The notes under the pieces were generated by a model. It saw only the letters and a list, made by a program, of their open reading frames with translations. It was not told the origin of the DNA and did not search any database. Of a DNA stretch of 64,000 nt, positions 62,117 to 64,000 are shown piece by piece. The DNA comes from Catajapyx aquilonaris. Lineage: Eukaryota. The stretch covers positions 62,001 to 126,000 of the forward strand of contig KZ538128.1 in the NCBI GenBank assembly GCA_000934665.2. The letters run 5' to 3'. The translations under genes and the position numbers were made by a program. Numbering within the stretch: position 1 is the stretch's first letter; each line of letters starts with the position of its first letter.

Positions 62117-62265
62117 TGGGCCGTTTTCTCGAACAGTGGTTCAAATGTAAACCCGGTTCAAAGCCGATTTAAACCCTTGACAACAGCCTAACAACAATCA
62201 AATCAGGGATTAAACTGGCTTTGAACCCGGTTTACATTTGAGCCACTGTTCGAGAAAACGGCCCA
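62117..62265. mobile_element. Small palindromic MITE with ~60-bp arms
   Basis: TA|TGGGCCGTTTTCTCGAACAGTGGTTCAAATGTAAACC is mirrored by GGTTTACATTTGAGCCACTGTTCGAGAAAACGGCCCA|TA. GGGCC ends recall PIF/Harbinger MITEs, but the superfamily is uncertain. Confidence 0.75.
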
Positions 62266-64000
62266 TAGTACTTATGAATCCAGTCCTTGTTATTAAAGAA
62301 ACACTTGAATTTAACAGATAATAATAGGAAGAATTTTTCATTCATTACAGAGAGTTTTGGAAGAACCATGAGATTGTATCAGTGAATAAGTCATGCCTCA
62401 TATAAAAAATATTACGCTACTGGCACATATTCTAAATTGTAGGCGATGAGTAGCCCTAATGAATTTTTAAAATAATAAACATGGAATACCAAAATGCACT
62501 TAAGATTCATATTTCAAGTGTACGTATTTTTAAAAATGAAATAATAATTCCCCCTATAATAATCGCCTTATTTTTTTCTCCCTCTCTCTGGAACGCTCCG
62601 GTGGGTGGGGCGGAGGGAGGTAGGGGGCCTTGGTGAGTGCTGCCACCTTCTGGTCACTCCACTAAATCATCAGGCCGGGGGGAAGGATGGCTGGGTAGGT
62701 GTCCGGCGGGGGGATTGCAGGTTTTGCCAAATTTTGGCTACGGGTGCACTAGGTGATTAGAATAATCATCTCGCTTTCTCTTTTCCCAATCCAAGTTAAA
62801 AGAGCTAATTTTTTGTAACCTAGCACCTTTGTTCTCTTGAACTTCTTGGTCGAGGAGGCAGTCCTGGTCAATCACTACACAGTATATGGATGTGTAGAGC
62901 CTCGTTTACACAAATGTGATGATCACACTGAGAAGAGAGTTTCTTCTATCCTATCCTGGAAAAAATGCCTTGATCGGCGGTTTCCAACTTGCATTTCTCT
63001 TTATCGGGGTACAAAAAAGCGCTCATCCTTTTTAAGCACAAAAAGAAAGACCACTGGTAATTTCAGTAAAAGATATTGCAATATAGCGGCCACTTTTGGG
63101 TTTTTTAAACAATGTGCCTTCAAAGAAGATACATCACCACGTCTTATATGCGCAGAAGTGTCTTTCAGATGACATTTGGTCACATCTATACTTTTGATTC
63201 AGTCCTAGCTGGTTCTATAGCGCACACTACATGCACGAGCAGCTTCTGCGAATTCCAAGATAATTATATGTAACTGTAGGTCTGTAGCCTACATTATCAT
63301 TCATTTTTTAAGCGCCCCTGGGACGTCCTAGAAGCCATCAAAATGATGATTATTAGCGTAGAGTCGCTATTATCTGGACTAAAAAAGACAGAGAGGTTTC
63401 CTTGGGTATAATTGAAAATACAGGGAGATACAAAATACTTGTCCGACTGCTATGGCTATTTGTTGAGCACTAAGCTGCTTATAATTAAGTTACTTTTGCA
63501 TTCTTACTTTAATGGATATTAAAATATTAGCTACAAATATTAGGTTGCATGTGCTCATCCTTTTTATAGGCTGAAAGGGGGTCTGGCATACACACAGTGG
63601 TTTCTATAATTGATGAGAGATGTCAAGTGTCCCAATGGGTCATTCCTAATCAGTAAAGAAAGGATTTTTAGGTTCTAATAAATCCTCAAATAGGTAGGCA
63701 TTTAGGTCTTGAAAGCAGTCAAAATAGGCTCTTAAATAGGCAGTGAAAATCAAGCAGGTCCTAATTTATTTTCATTCCTGTGCAATAATACAGTTTACTT
63801 TTGGCCATGGAATTTTTTTAGAAAGTAACAACTAGCAGATGTTCCATATTTTCGGTGGTTAGTTGGCGATGACTCTCTGACGATACATTTTTATACGCTG
63901 TAAATTACCTTACAACGTCACACGAAGCAATTGGATCAGAGCAAATATTATTAACGCGCGTATATAATATTTGATCATAGCCTACTGTCTTGAAAACTGT

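Noticed and set aside
1..64000. CRISPR array, operon or prokaryotic defence system
   Set aside because: No regularly spaced direct repeats or dense intronless ORFs. The window is intron-rich eukaryotic DNA.

Overview
Eukaryotic (arthropod-like) genomic window with short GT-AG introns, microsatellites, SINEs, many MITEs and one N-gap. It is not prokaryotic: I see no CRISPR array, operon or rRNA. Two protein-coding genes can be reconstructed by hand from splice sites and codon phase. (1) A minus-strand myocardin-related transcription factor (Mrtf) has 10 core coding exons from 20703 to 6658 and is about 1241 aa, with three RPEL motifs, B1 basic box, Q-rich region, SAP domain, coiled coil and acidic C-terminus. 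It also has an in-frame upstream exon (20807-20916) and phase-compatible candidate first exons at 23321-23327 and 38666-38753. (2) A convergent plus-strand 4-exon gene (785-2925, about 328 aa) encodes a PGP/SHIPPO-repeat, pitchfork-like protein with a Cys/His-rich C-terminus. The region 21000-64000 has no other convincing protein-coding gene and reads as Mrtf 5' introns and upstream DNA. I found no clearly new multi-gene system. The best leads are the hidden Mrtf N-terminal isoforms, a junction-spanning HxRxxS/14-3-3 motif next to a PPxY, two stop-free in-frame introns at the SAP domain, and several nested or foldback transposon structures.
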